Positions 29,753 to 40,713 of a stretch of DNA of 64,000 nt are shown here, in pieces. The position numbers and the translations under genes were made by a program. Source of the DNA: an uncultured Pelagibacteraceae bacterium (GTDB taxonomy: Bacteria; Pseudomonadota; Alphaproteobacteria; Pelagibacterales; Pelagibacteraceae); the NCBI GenBank assembly GCA_902583455.1, contig CACHVY010000004.1:33929-97928 (forward strand). The letters run 5' to 3'. The notes under the pieces were generated by a model. The model had not been told where the DNA came from. It ran no database searches and worked only from the letters and a program-made list of their open reading frames with translations. Within the stretch, counting starts at the first letter, position 1; each line of letters starts with the position of its first letter.

Positions 29753-31110
29753 CTTAATTTCCAAGTTGTTTTATCATCTTTATCTTCAATTAAAACACCT
29801 TTGTCTAAAAGTTCATTTCTTATTTTATCAGCTAATTCGTAATTTTTATTATCTCTTGCTACATTCCTTTCTTCAATTTTTTGTAAAATTTCTTTTTCTG
29901 AAATATTTAAATTACTTTTTTTAAACTCAAGCCACTTTGACTTAGGCTCAATAAGAAGACCTATAAAATTGCAGGCTGTTGTAAATATTTCTTTATCTTT
30001 GTCAGAGCCTTTTGATGCCTTATCATAAAGTTTGTGAATATTGCTTATGTATCCAGGTGTATTTAAATCATCGTATAGAGGACTTAAGTCTTTTTCATCT
30101 ATTAATACTTTTCCTTTTGGTGCTTTATAACACTCGTACCACTTATCTAAAATTTTTTGAGATTGTGAAAGTAAATCATCACTCCAATCTAGTGATTGTT
30201 TGTAATGAGTTGTAATCAAAGCTAACCTTAAAACTTGTCCATTATATTTAGAGTGAAAGTCTTTTATTTTAAAAACGTTACCTTGCGATTTTGCCATTTT
30301 TTCATTTGAAATTGTAATGAAGCCATTGTGTAACCAGTAATTTGAAAATGATTTATTTCCGTTAGCACACCTTGATTGAGCAATTTCATTTTCATGGTGG
30401 GGAAAAATTAAATCTCTTCCACCGCCATGTATGTCAAAAGTATCACCTAAAAATTTTTTTGACATTGCCGAACACTCTAAGTGCCAGCCAGGTCTCCCTC
30501 TTCCCCAAGGAGAATCCCAACCTGGTTCATCATCATTAGATGGCTTCCATAAAACAAAATCCTCTGGTTTTTTTTTATTTTTAGAAACTTCAACTCTGGC
30601 ACCCGCTAATAACTCATCAATATTTTTATTTGATAATTTACCGTAATCCTTAAATGTCGAAACATCAAAATAAACATTAGAATTATTTTCATATGCATTT
30701 CCTTTTTTTAAAAGAATATTTATCATATCAATCATTAATGAAATATTTTCAGTTGCCTTCGGCTCAAAAGAGGGTTTTTCACATTTAAGATATTCACAAT
30801 CCTTATTGAAACTTTTAGTAATGTTTTCAGAAAGTTTATTTATTGATATTTTTTTTTGTTTTGAACTTTCTATAATTTTATCATCGATATCTGTAATATT
30901 TCTTACGTAAGTAACTGATGATTTGCCATACTTACATTTTAAAACTTTAAACAAGATATCAAAAATTACTAGCGGTCTTGCGTTTCCAATGTGTGGATCA
31001 TCATATACAGTTGGTCCACATACATACATTCCAATTTTTTTCTCATTAATTGGTTTAAATATTTCTTTTTTTCCAGCAAGTGTGTTGCTTAAATATATAT
31101 CTTTGTTCAT
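29749..31110 (-). CDS. cysS: Cysteinyl-tRNA synthetase
   Basis: MYVCGPTVY, HIGN, GRPGWHLECSAM, FPHHENE, KMAKS. Confidence 0.97.
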   Translation of the reverse strand: MNKDIYLSNTLAGKKEIFKPINEKKIGMYVCGPTVYDDPHIGNARPLVIFDILFKVLKCKYGKSSVTYVRNITDIDDKIIESSKQKKISINKLSENITKSFNKDCEYLKCEKPSFEPKATENISLMIDMINILLKKGNAYENNSNVYFDVSTFKDYGKLSNKNIDELLAGARVEVSKNKKKPEDFVLWKPSNDDEPGWDSPWGRGRPGWHLECSAMSKKFLGDTFDIHGGGRDLIFPHHENEIAQSRCANGNKSFSNYWLHNGFITISNEKMAKSQGNVFKIKDFHSKYNGQVLRLALITTHYKQSLDWSDDLLSQSQKILDKWYECYKAPKGKVLIDEKDLSPLYDDLNTPGYISNIHKLYDKASKGSDKDKEIFTTACNFIGLLIEPKSKWLEFKKSNLNISEKEILQKIEERNVARDNKNYELADKIRNELLDKGVLIEDKDDKTTWKLR

Positions 31111-31155
31111 TGTATAAGGAATATACTTTTAATTTAGATTTGTGAATCTAATTGA

Positions 31156-31893
31156 TTAATTAGGAATTTTGCATACTGGAATTGGCTCCATTTTATGCAA
31201 ATTTGTTTTTCTTATTTGAATGTATTTATCTCTATTTTTTGAATTTTCGTTGACCATGGCCTCCTCTATCTCTTTATAAGATAACCCAAGTTGACCCTCA
31301 TCTGTTCTACCATCATCCCATAATCCATCGGTTGGTGCAGCATTAATTATATCATCAAGAATTTTAAGTTCTCTGCCAAGTTCCCAAACTTCTGTCTTAT
31401 TGCAGTCAGCTATTGGCGAAATATCAACACCACCATCACCATACTTGGTATAAAAACCTACACCAAAATCCTCAACTTTGTTTCCTGTCCCAACAACAAT
31501 TCCATTATTTGCGGCAGCAACTTGATAGAGTGTCGTCATTCTTAATCTAGCTCGAGAGTTAGCCATTCCGTGCATACTATCAAATTTACCTAAAGTATTT
31601 TCAAAAGTTTTAAACAAACTATCTAACTCTAAAGTATGTCCCTGAACATTTTTGAAATTTTTTTTTAACCACTCTTGATGTCTTAAACTTAAATCATGTT
31701 GAGTATCTTTTTGCTTAATTGGCATAGATAAAACTATTGTTTTTAACCCTGTCATTGCACTTAATGTGCTTGATACAGATGAGTCTATACCTCCAGAAAT
31801 ACCAATTACCAAAGACTCAGCCTTCTTAGGCATTGAATTTACGTAATTTAATATCCAATCTTTAATAAAAATCGCTTTTTTAGATGCGTCCAT
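31156..31893 (-). CDS. nadE: NH3-dependent NAD+ synthetase
   Basis: GISGGIDSS, RARLRM, GTGNKVE, TKYGDGG. Confidence 0.95.
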   Translation of the reverse strand: MDASKKAIFIKDWILNYVNSMPKKAESLVIGISGGIDSSVSSTLSAMTGLKTIVLSMPIKQKDTQHDLSLRHQEWLKKNFKNVQGHTLELDSLFKTFENTLGKFDSMHGMANSRARLRMTTLYQVAAANNGIVVGTGNKVEDFGVGFYTKYGDGGVDISPIADCNKTEVWELGRELKILDDIINAAPTDGLWDDGRTDEGQLGLSYKEIEEAMVNENSKNRDKYIQIRKTNLHKMEPIPVCKIPN

Positions 31894-31930
31894 GATTTAA
31901 ATATAGTGTAAAAATTAAATTTTTAAATGA

Positions 31931-33310
31931 CTAAGATGCCGCTTTAATTGCATTTCTTGCATAATTGGAATTCTTTTTAATCTCATCAGAAATTAAAAAA
32001 GCTAATTCCAAAGCTTGGTCTGCATTTAATCTTGGGTCACAATGAGTATGATATCTGCTTGATAAATCTTGATCGGATATATTTTTAGCACCACCGGTAC
32101 ATTCTGTCACATTTTGACCAGTCATTTCTATATGAAGTCCACCAGCATAAGATCCTTCACTTTGATGAACCTCAAAAACATTTTTTACCTCTTTAACAAC
32201 ATTATTAAATGGTCTTGTTTTAAAACCTGTCGTTGAGACTAAAGTATTTCCATGCATTGGATCACATGACCAAACAACATTTAATCCCTCTTTTTTAATT
32301 CCTCTGATAAGTTTTGGTAAAAATTTTTCAACTTTATCATGTCCGAATCTAGAAATTAAAGTGATTTTTCCTTTTTCATTTTTAGGATTAATAACTTCAC
32401 ATATTTTAGCAATTTCGTCTGCTTTTGAAGTTGGTCCACATTTAATACCGATTGGGTTTTCAATTCCCCTGCAGAATTCAACATGACCACCATCTAATTG
32501 TCTAGTTCTATCTCCAATCCAAACAAAGTGAGCTGAAGTATTGTGGTATTCGCCAGTTGTCGAATCTGTTCTTGTCATACTTTCTTCAAAAGGTAAATGA
32601 AGAGCTTCATGTGAAGTCCAGAAATTAACAGTGTATAGTCTTCTATTAAATTCTGGTGTTATTCCACAAGCAGCCATAAATCCAAGAGCATCTGCAATTT
32701 TGTCTTCTAATTCTTTAAATTTTTTAGCTTGAGGACTATTTTTAATATAACCTAAATTCCATAAGTGGACTTTTTTTAAATCTGCAAAACCTCCGTGTGA
32801 AAAAGCTCTTAGTAAATTTAACGTTGCTGCAGATTGTGAATAAGCTCTGAACAATCTCTTAGGATCTGGTCTCCTAGCTTTTTCATTAAATTCTATCGAA
32901 TTTATGTTGTCTCCTAAATAGCTAGGCAATTCTTTTCCACCTTGTTTTTCAGTTGGTGCGCTTCTTGGTTTAGAGAATTGACCTGCAATTCTACCAAGCT
33001 TAACAACTGGCAAAGATGCTGAATATGTTAAAACAAGTGACATTTGTAAAATAACTTTAAATGTATCTCTGATGTTATCAGGATGAAATTCAGCAAAACT
33101 TTCTGCACAGTCTCCTCCTTGAAGTAAAAAAGCTTTACCATCTACAACTTCAGCAAGTTGATCTTTTAGATGTCTGGTCTCTCCAGCAAAAACTAATGGT
33201 GGAGATGACTTTAGTTTATTTAACACCATGTTTAGCTCCCTCTCATCATCATACGATGGGATGTGCTTAACTGGATATTTTCTCCAAGAATTAACTTTCC
33301 AATTTTTCAT
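31931..33310 (-). CDS. DAHP synthase, class II
   Basis: LLQGGDCAESF, GRIAGQFSKPRS, WIGDRTR, CDPMHGNT, CDPRLN. Confidence 0.95.
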   Translation of the reverse strand: MKNWKVNSWRKYPVKHIPSYDDERELNMVLNKLKSSPPLVFAGETRHLKDQLAEVVDGKAFLLQGGDCAESFAEFHPDNIRDTFKVILQMSLVLTYSASLPVVKLGRIAGQFSKPRSAPTEKQGGKELPSYLGDNINSIEFNEKARRPDPKRLFRAYSQSAATLNLLRAFSHGGFADLKKVHLWNLGYIKNSPQAKKFKELEDKIADALGFMAACGITPEFNRRLYTVNFWTSHEALHLPFEESMTRTDSTTGEYHNTSAHFVWIGDRTRQLDGGHVEFCRGIENPIGIKCGPTSKADEIAKICEVINPKNEKGKITLISRFGHDKVEKFLPKLIRGIKKEGLNVVWSCDPMHGNTLVSTTGFKTRPFNNVVKEVKNVFEVHQSEGSYAGGLHIEMTGQNVTECTGGAKNISDQDLSSRYHTHCDPRLNADQALELAFLISDEIKKNSNYARNAIKAAS

Positions 33311-33375
33311 ATTTCAACCTTAAGATGAATATATATATAAATTATTTCAAATTAGAATAGATAATATGAAAAAAA

Positions 33376-35196
33376 TTACTCTACAGTTACTGATTTTGCT
33401 AGATTTCTAGGTTTGTCAATATCGTAACCTTTTTTTAAAGCAGTATAGTAAGCTAATTTTTGAAGTGGAATTGTCATTAAAAAGGGCAACAAATCATCAT
33501 CAGTATTCTCAACTTCGATTTTTTGCCAAATATTTTCTGAGAATATCTCGTCAGTGCTTTTGTTTGTTATTAGTAAAACTTTCGCGCCTCTTGCTATAAC
33601 CTCTTGCATATTGGACATTGTTTTTTTGTAGTATTCATCTCTTGGAGCAATTACTACAACTGGCATACCATCTTCAATTAATGCCAAAGGACCATGTTTC
33701 ATTTCACCAGCTGGATAACCTTCTGCATGAATATAAGATAATTCTTTTAATTTAAGTGCACCTTCAAGCGCAATTGGATATGAGTAACCTCTACCTAAAA
33801 ACATAGAACCTTTTATATTTGTAAAACTATTTGATATAGTTTGAATATCATTTTCAGATTCTAGAGAAAGTTCTATATTTTTTGATAAATTTAATAAGCT
33901 TTTGATTTTTGAAATATAATCTTTTTTCTTAATATCATCATTAAGTTTACTCATTTTAAGACATAATAAATAAAGAACTAACATTTGTCCTAAAAAGGCT
34001 TTGGTTGAGGCAACGCCAATTTCTGGACCACAATGTATCGGTAAAACAAATTTTGAGTCCCTTGCAATTGAGCTTTCTACTACATTTACAACAGAACATG
34101 TTTTCATATTGTTTTTATTACATAAATCTAAAGCTGCATAAGTATCAGCTGTTTCTCCAGATTGAGAAACAAAGACGTACAAAGTCTCTTTTTTAAATCT
34201 ATTTTTTCTGTAACGAAATTCTGATGCAATATCTATATGAACATCAAAAGAAGTAAGTTGTTCAAACCAATATTTTGCAATCAAACAAGAATGATAAGCA
34301 GTTCCACAACCTACTAATGTAATTGATGATATATCTTTTGTTTTCCATGGAAAATTAAAAATACTTATTTCATTATTTTTTTTATCGACATATTCATTTA
34401 TACAATTTTTTATAGTTAGTGGTTGTTCGTCAATCTCTTTAGCCATAAAGTGTTTGTAATCACCTTTATCATAATTTTGTTCATCAGTTGTTAAAGAAAG
34501 TATTTTTTTATTTATTTTTTTTCCTTGTTCATTAAAGAAGCTTACCTCTGTTTTTTTGATAATACAAAATTCACCATCATCTAAGTAAGTTATTTTATTA
34601 GTCATAGATTTTAATGCATAAGAATCTGAGCCTAGGTAATTTTCACCTGGACCATAACCAACCGCTAAGGGTGAGCCTCTTCTTGCACCAACGATTAAGT
34701 CTGGTTCATCTTTAAAAATTATTCCTAATGCAAAACTACCATGAAGTTTTTTTAAAACTTTTGTTAATGTGTCTATTAAATTATTTTTTTTTAAATATTC
34801 TGTAATTAAATGTACAATCACCTCTGTATCTGTTTGAGATTTAAATCTATGTCCCTTTTTAACTAAAAATTTTTTTAATAAAGTCGAGTTTTCTATAATG
34901 CCGTTATGAACCACTGAAACATTGTCTGATGAGTGAGGATGAGCATTTAAAGTGCTAGGAATTCCATGAGTAGCCCATCTAACATGACCTATTCCTAAAT
35001 TTCCTAACAATTTATTTTTAATAATATTTTTTTCGAGATTGTCTACTCTGCCCTCACACTTTACTTCTTGAATATATCCGCTATTTAATGTTGCAATACC
35101 AGCTGAATCATATCCTCTATACTCTAATTTTCTAAGTGAGTTTAAAATAGTTGATGTGACTTCTTTATTACTATTAATTCCTATAATACCGCACAT
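33376..35196 (-). CDS. glmS: Glutamine-fructose-6-phosphate aminotransferase
   Basis: MCGI, LEYRGYDSAG, SQSGETAD, EGALKLKE, PRNLAKSVTVE. Confidence 0.98.
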   Translation of the reverse strand: MCGIIGINSNKEVTSTILNSLRKLEYRGYDSAGIATLNSGYIQEVKCEGRVDNLEKNIIKNKLLGNLGIGHVRWATHGIPSTLNAHPHSSDNVSVVHNGIIENSTLLKKFLVKKGHRFKSQTDTEVIVHLITEYLKKNNLIDTLTKVLKKLHGSFALGIIFKDEPDLIVGARRGSPLAVGYGPGENYLGSDSYALKSMTNKITYLDDGEFCIIKKTEVSFFNEQGKKINKKILSLTTDEQNYDKGDYKHFMAKEIDEQPLTIKNCINEYVDKKNNEISIFNFPWKTKDISSITLVGCGTAYHSCLIAKYWFEQLTSFDVHIDIASEFRYRKNRFKKETLYVFVSQSGETADTYAALDLCNKNNMKTCSVVNVVESSIARDSKFVLPIHCGPEIGVASTKAFLGQMLVLYLLCLKMSKLNDDIKKKDYISKIKSLLNLSKNIELSLESENDIQTISNSFTNIKGSMFLGRGYSYPIALEGALKLKELSYIHAEGYPAGEMKHGPLALIEDGMPVVVIAPRDEYYKKTMSNMQEVIARGAKVLLITNKSTDEIFSENIWQKIEVENTDDDLLPFLMTIPLQKLAYYTALKKGYDIDKPRNLAKSVTVE

Positions 35197-35199
35197 AGT

Positions 35200-35808
35200 T
35201 TATTTTTTTCTTTTATACTTAGACTGTAATTGAATTGATCTGGTTAAAGCCAAATTTCCGTCTTTAACATTTTGTGTAATTACAGATCCTGCACCAATTG
35301 TAGAATTTCGTCCTATTTTCACCGGCGCAACTAAAGATGAATTTGAACCAACAAAAGAATTATCACCGATTACAGTTTTATTTTTTTTAACTCCATCGTA
35401 ATTACAAGTAATTGTTCCGGCTCCAATATTTGCAGATGAACCAATAATTGAATCACCAATATAACTTAAATGACTAACTTTTGAATTTTTCTTAATTTTA
35501 CTTTTTTTAACTTCTACAAAATTTCCTACTTTTGAATTCTTTTCTAAAATTGTTCCAGGCCTCAACCTACAAAATGGACCAACAGAAACGTTTTCTTTAA
35601 TTACAACTCCTTCAATATGAGAAAAAGATAATATTTTTACGTTATTATTGATCTTTACTTTTGATCCAATTACAACGAAAGGCTCAATCGTCACATTTTT
35701 TCCAATTTTAGTATCTTTAGAAAAATAAACTGTATTTGGGTCTATCATTTTAACACCCTGTTTAATAAATTTATTTCTAATTTTTTTTTGTAAATTTATT
35801 TGTTTCAT
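35200..35808 (-). CDS. glmU: GlmU acetyltransferase (hexapeptide) domain only
   Basis: [35 protein letters not shown]. No N-terminal uridyltransferase domain; 202 aa. Confidence 0.85.
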   Translation of the reverse strand: MKQINLQKKIRNKFIKQGVKMIDPNTVYFSKDTKIGKNVTIEPFVVIGSKVKINNNVKILSFSHIEGVVIKENVSVGPFCRLRPGTILEKNSKVGNFVEVKKSKIKKNSKVSHLSYIGDSIIGSSANIGAGTITCNYDGVKKNKTVIGDNSFVGSNSSLVAPVKIGRNSTIGAGSVITQNVKDGNLALTRSIQLQSKYKRKK

Positions 35809-35877
35809 TGATTTTTTCTTATAGATAAGTATCTATGTTAATTAATTCACAAATTATTTCTTAATAATACTTTTAGA

Positions 35878-36573
35878 ATGAGTCAAAATTATACAGTTTT
35901 GTTAGATTTAGATGGCACTTTAGTTGATACAGCCCCAGACCTTATGATGGCACATAACCACGTAATGAAAAAGTTTGGATATGAGTCAAAAACTACTGAA
36001 GAAATAAGAAATTTAGTTGGTAAAGGTGCCAGTGTGCTTATTGGAAGATCAATTTGGGGTAGTGCTAAAAAAGAATTTAGCAAAATAACTAATCAAAAAA
36101 TTAAAGATGAGATGGTCAAAGAATTTATTGACTATTATGGAAAAAATATAGTGGTTGAAAGTAAACTATTAAACGGTGTTTTGGATTTTTTAAAATGGAG
36201 TAAAAAAAATAATATTTCGTTAGCTGTTTGTACAAATAAACAAGAACATCTGGCTATAGATCTCTTAAAAAAAATTAATGTTTACGATTATTTTGACTAT
36301 GTTGCAGGGAGTAATACTTTTGATTACTGTAAGCCAGATCCAAGGCACGTAACAAATATAATCGATATATTGCAAGGAAATATTAAAAAATCATTAATGA
36401 TAGGAGATAGTGAAGTTGATAGTATGGCAGCAAGCTCTGCTGATATTCCTTTTATTTTGGTTGAAGATGGTTACACTGATAAAGATATAAACCAAATACC
36501 TCATAAACACTTAATTAAAGATTTTGTTGGTATTGAGAAAATTGTTTCGAATTATTTAAATGATAATACATAA
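35878..36573 (+). CDS. gph: Phosphoglycolate phosphatase (HAD IA)
   Basis: [26 protein letters not shown]. Confidence 0.85.
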   Translation: MSQNYTVLLDLDGTLVDTAPDLMMAHNHVMKKFGYESKTTEEIRNLVGKGASVLIGRSIWGSAKKEFSKITNQKIKDEMVKEFIDYYGKNIVVESKLLNGVLDFLKWSKKNNISLAVCTNKQEHLAIDLLKKINVYDYFDYVAGSNTFDYCKPDPRHVTNIIDILQGNIKKSLMIGDSEVDSMAASSADIPFILVEDGYTDKDINQIPHKHLIKDFVGIEKIVSNYLNDNT

Positions 36574-38062
36574 ATTAAAAGTTTATCCATCTAAAGTTAA
36601 GCTCTCTAAAAAAAAACAATTAGCATGGAAATTAGCTGAGTTAGCTAGCGATAATGCAAAACTTAATAAGGATTCTGTTGAAATGGTGATTAACAGAATA
36701 ATAGACAATGCATCAGTAGCTATTGCCTCTTTGAATAGAAAGGCAGTTATTACTTCAAGAGAAATGGCTATCAAACATCCAAGAAAAAATGGTGCTACTA
36801 TATTCGGAATAAATTCCAATCAAAGATTTGATTGTGAATGGGCGGCATGGTCAAATGGAACTGCTGTAAGAGAATTAGATTTTCATGATACTTTTCTGGC
36901 TGCAGATTATAGTCACCCAGGTGATAATATACCTGCCTTGATCGCAGTCGCACAGCAAAAGAAAATTTCAGGTTTAAATTTAATAAAGGGTATTATTACA
37001 GCATATGAAGTACAAGTTAATCTTGTTAAAGGGATATGTTTACATAAACATAAAGTAGATCACATTGCTCATTTAGGTCCAAGTGTTGCAGCTGGTCTAG
37101 GTACACTGCTTGGTTTAAAAACAGAAACTATTTACCAGGCGATACAGCAGGCTTTGCATACAACTATATCAACTCGACAATCTAGAAAAGGCGAAATTTC
37201 AAGTTGGAAAGCTTTCGCCCCTGCCCACGCAGGTAAACTCGGCATTGAAGCTGTAGATAGAGCTATGAGAGGAGAAGGAGCTCCAAGTCCAATATATGAA
37301 GGTGAAGATAGTGTTGTTGCAAGAATTTTAGATGGAAAAAAAGCTGTATATAAAATTCCTTTACCAAAAAAAAAGGAAGAAAAGAAAGCAATTTTAGAAA
37401 CTTATACTAAAGAATATTCCGCAGAGTATCAGGCACAGGCATTGATTGATCTTGCAAAAAAACTAAACCGAAGAATTAAAAATCTTAATGATGTTAAAAA
37501 AATAGACATACACACAAGTCATCATACTCATAATGTTATAGGAACTGGGGCTAATGACCCTCAAAAGATGGATCCAAATGCAAGCAGAGAAACTTTGGAT
37601 CATTCTATAATGTATATTTTCGCTGTCGCCTTAGAGGACGCCAATTGGCATCATGTAAAATCTTACAGTAAATCACGAGCTAGAAGAAAAAGTACTCTAA
37701 AAATATGGAGATCTATAAAAACTCATGAAGATAAGAAATGGACTAATCGATACCATGATCCTAACCCAAAAAATAAGGCATTTGGTGCGAAAGTTATTGT
37801 TACGTTAAAAAATAATAAAAAAATAATAGAGGAGCAAGGTGTAGCTGATGCTCATCCTTACGGATCTAGGCCATTTAAAAGATCAAACTATATTAATAAA
37901 TTTCTAACTTTAACTAAAGGAGTAATTACTAAAAAAGAATCTGATAGATTTTTAAAAGATGTTCAAAATTTAAAAAAATTAAAATCTAATCAATTAAATA
38001 AATTAAACATTGTAATTAATAAAAAAGATATTAAAAAAAATAACAAACTAGGTATTTTTTAA
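36560..38062 (+). CDS. prpD: 2-methylcitrate dehydratase (MmgE/PrpD)
   Basis: [35 protein letters not shown]. Confidence 0.93.
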   Translation: MIIHKLKVYPSKVKLSKKKQLAWKLAELASDNAKLNKDSVEMVINRIIDNASVAIASLNRKAVITSREMAIKHPRKNGATIFGINSNQRFDCEWAAWSNGTAVRELDFHDTFLAADYSHPGDNIPALIAVAQQKKISGLNLIKGIITAYEVQVNLVKGICLHKHKVDHIAHLGPSVAAGLGTLLGLKTETIYQAIQQALHTTISTRQSRKGEISSWKAFAPAHAGKLGIEAVDRAMRGEGAPSPIYEGEDSVVARILDGKKAVYKIPLPKKKEEKKAILETYTKEYSAEYQAQALIDLAKKLNRRIKNLNDVKKIDIHTSHHTHNVIGTGANDPQKMDPNASRETLDHSIMYIFAVALEDANWHHVKSYSKSRARRKSTLKIWRSIKTHEDKKWTNRYHDPNPKNKAFGAKVIVTLKNNKKIIEEQGVADAHPYGSRPFKRSNYINKFLTLTKGVITKKESDRFLKDVQNLKKLKSNQLNKLNIVINKKDIKKNNKLGIF

Positions 38063-38958
38063 TGCACTTTGTTAAAAAAAAAATTAAGGAAAAAAGAAAA
38101 GATTTTGTTAAAAAATTGAAAAGTGGAAAAATATTGAGAGTTCCTGGAGCGTATAATCCCTTAACGGCGAAAGTAATTGAGGAAATAGGTTATGATGCTG
38201 TTTATGTATCTGGTGGAGTGATGTCTAACGACCTTGGGTATCCTGATATTGGATTAACCACATTAGAGGATGTTAGTAATAGGTCAAAACAAATCGCAAG
38301 AATTACAAACTTACCTACAATTGTTGACATTGATACAGGTTTTAAATCGTGTAAAAAAACTATAAATACTTTTGAAAAATTTGGGGTAGCGGCTGTTCAT
38401 ATTGAAGATCAAGTAGAGAGAAAAAGATGTGGTCATCTTGATAATAAAGAACTTATTTCTACAAAAAAAATGGTAAATAAAATTAAAGAATGCGTTAAAG
38501 CAAAAAAAGATAAGAATTTTAAAATTATCGCAAGATCAGATGCAAAAGGTGTTGAGGGTATAGATAAAATGATTGAAAGATGTAAAGCGTATATTGATGC
38601 TGGAGCAGAAATAATATTTCCTGAGGCATTAAAAGATAAAAAAGAATTTGAAAAAGTTAGAAAAAGTCTCAATTCATATTTACTTGCCAATATGACTGAG
38701 TTTGGAAAATCAGACTTAATAAACTATAAAGAATTAGAAAATTTAGGCTATAACATCGTGATTTATCCAGTTACTACACAAAGACTAGCCATGAAAAGTG
38801 TCGAAGAAGGTCTAAAGGTCATTTTTAAGGATGGACATCAAAAAAACATTATTGATAAAATGCAAACTAGAAGTAGATTGTACGATTTAGTCGATTATAA
38901 AAAATATAATTCACTAGATAAAAAAATTTATAATTTTAATACAGACGGACATAAATAA
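38062..38958 (+). CDS. prpB: 2-methylisocitrate lyase
   Basis: VDIDTGF, HIEDQ..KRCGH, LANMTEFGKS. Confidence 0.93.
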   Translation: MHFVKKKIKEKRKDFVKKLKSGKILRVPGAYNPLTAKVIEEIGYDAVYVSGGVMSNDLGYPDIGLTTLEDVSNRSKQIARITNLPTIVDIDTGFKSCKKTINTFEKFGVAAVHIEDQVERKRCGHLDNKELISTKKMVNKIKECVKAKKDKNFKIIARSDAKGVEGIDKMIERCKAYIDAGAEIIFPEALKDKKEFEKVRKSLNSYLLANMTEFGKSDLINYKELENLGYNIVIYPVTTQRLAMKSVEEGLKVIFKDGHQKNIIDKMQTRSRLYDLVDYKKYNSLDKKIYNFNTDGHK

Positions 38959-40082
38959 TGACAGAAGATATTAAAAAAGGTCTATTAGGAATTGTTGTTG
39001 ATGAAACAGAAGTTTCTAAAGTAATGCCAGAAATTAATTCTCTTACTTACCGAGGTTATGCTGCACAAGATTTATGCGCAAAATGTAAATTTGAGGAAGT
39101 TGCATATTTAATTCTAAATGGTGAACTGCCAGATAATAAACAGTTAAAAAACTTTGAAAAAATCGAGAGAAAAGAGAGAAAATTATCTAAATCTCTTCTC
39201 GATAGTATTAAAAATTTTCCAAAAAAATCTCATCCTATGGATGTAGCAAGAACAGCAGTAAGCATTATGGGTCTTGAGGATAAAGAAACTAAAGATAATT
39301 CACCTAAAGCAAATATGAGAAAAGTCATGAGAATTTTTGCAAAGACACCAACTGCTTTAGCAGCGTTTTATAGACTTAGAAAAGGTAAAAAAATAATAAG
39401 TCCTAAAAGCAATCTATCATTTTCAGAAAATTTCTTTTACATGTGTTTTGGAAAAGTTCCAAACAAAGAGATAGTAAAAGCTTTTGATGTATCTTTAATT
39501 TTATATGCTGAGCATAGTTTCAACGTGTCAACTTTTACTGCTAGAACAATCACAAGTAGTTTGTCAGATATACATGGGGCAATTACTGGCGCTATAGCAA
39601 GTTTAAAGGGGCCATTACATGGAGGTGCAAATGAAGAAGTCATGCACATGATGAATAAAATTAAGAAACCAGAAAATGCCCTTAAATGGATCAATAATGC
39701 TTTAGATAAAAAAGCTGTAGTTATGGGTTTTGGTCATAGAGTTTATAAGAGTGGAGACTCTAGGGTGCCAACGATGAGGGAGTATTTCGCAAAAGTTGCA
39801 AAAGTTAAAAAAGACAAAAAATTTGAAAAAATATATGACATTGTAGAAAAAGTTATGATTGAGAGAAAAAATATCTATCCAAATGTAGACTACCCAACAG
39901 GACCTACTTATCATTTAATGGGCTTCGATACAGATTTTTTCACACCTATTTTTGTGATATCTAGAATTACAGGTTGGTCAGCACATATTCTTGAACAACA
40001 TGCTGCGAACAAGTTAATAAGACCACTTGCAAGCTATAAAGGTAGCTCCTATCGTAAAGTTGTACCGTTAAACCAACGATGA
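38958..40082 (+). CDS. prpC: 2-methylcitrate synthase / citrate synthase
   Basis: YAEHSFNVSTF, GPLHGGANE, MGFGHRVY, NVDY; follows prpDB. Confidence 0.9.
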   Translation: MTEDIKKGLLGIVVDETEVSKVMPEINSLTYRGYAAQDLCAKCKFEEVAYLILNGELPDNKQLKNFEKIERKERKLSKSLLDSIKNFPKKSHPMDVARTAVSIMGLEDKETKDNSPKANMRKVMRIFAKTPTALAAFYRLRKGKKIISPKSNLSFSENFFYMCFGKVPNKEIVKAFDVSLILYAEHSFNVSTFTARTITSSLSDIHGAITGAIASLKGPLHGGANEEVMHMMNKIKKPENALKWINNALDKKAVVMGFGHRVYKSGDSRVPTMREYFAKVAKVKKDKKFEKIYDIVEKVMIERKNIYPNVDYPTGPTYHLMGFDTDFFTPIFVISRITGWSAHILEQHAANKLIRPLASYKGSSYRKVVPLNQR

Positions 40083-40085
40083 TAA

Positions 40086-40712
40086 TTATTGTAAGTTAAA
40101 TTGAGCAAATCTCTCATGCACAATTTCAAAATTAACATTTTGTTCTTTTGAAAAATCTTTTATTGCTTCTCTCACACCCAAAGCCTGACTCAGATTCCAA
40201 TCATCACATAGAATAGTTCCATTTTTATTAATTATTTTAAAGCTTTGCACTAGATCATTTTTTACTGTTTTGTAATCATGTCCACCATCAATAAAAATAA
40301 AATCTATATTTTTTAAATTAATATTGTGTAATATTTGATTAGTATCTCCCTGAATAATTTTTATATTTTTTTTAAACTTTGACAAAAGATCTTCGACAGC
40401 AGCCAAACTGTATGGATTTTGTTTTTTTATATATCTGAAATATAAAGTTTTTAATGGATTATTAAAAGTTTTTGAAGGTACTATTTCTTTATCGTAAACA
40501 TTACTGTTATCGAAAATATCTATACCAATATAATTAAAATTATCTCCATGGTTTTTAAACATTAATTCGCATACATTCCTCGCTGTCACACCGTGAAAAA
40601 TTCCTATCTCGAGGAAAGTTCTGGGATTCTTTTTCTGGATAATATCCAAAAAAAGATCCCCAATATTTTTTTGTTTTAGGCTAGTTTTTCTAAAATATTT
40701 TTTATATTTCAA
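40086..40712 (-). CDS. Class I SAM-dependent methyltransferase
   Basis: FLEIGIFHG, FIDGGHDY, ILCDD; TTG start. Confidence 0.8.
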   Translation of the reverse strand: MKYKKYFRKTSLKQKNIGDLFLDIIQKKNPRTFLEIGIFHGVTARNVCELMFKNHGDNFNYIGIDIFDNSNVYDKEIVPSKTFNNPLKTLYFRYIKKQNPYSLAAVEDLLSKFKKNIKIIQGDTNQILHNINLKNIDFIFIDGGHDYKTVKNDLVQSFKIINKNGTILCDDWNLSQALGVREAIKDFSKEQNVNFEIVHERFAQFNLQ

Positions 40713-40713
40713 A

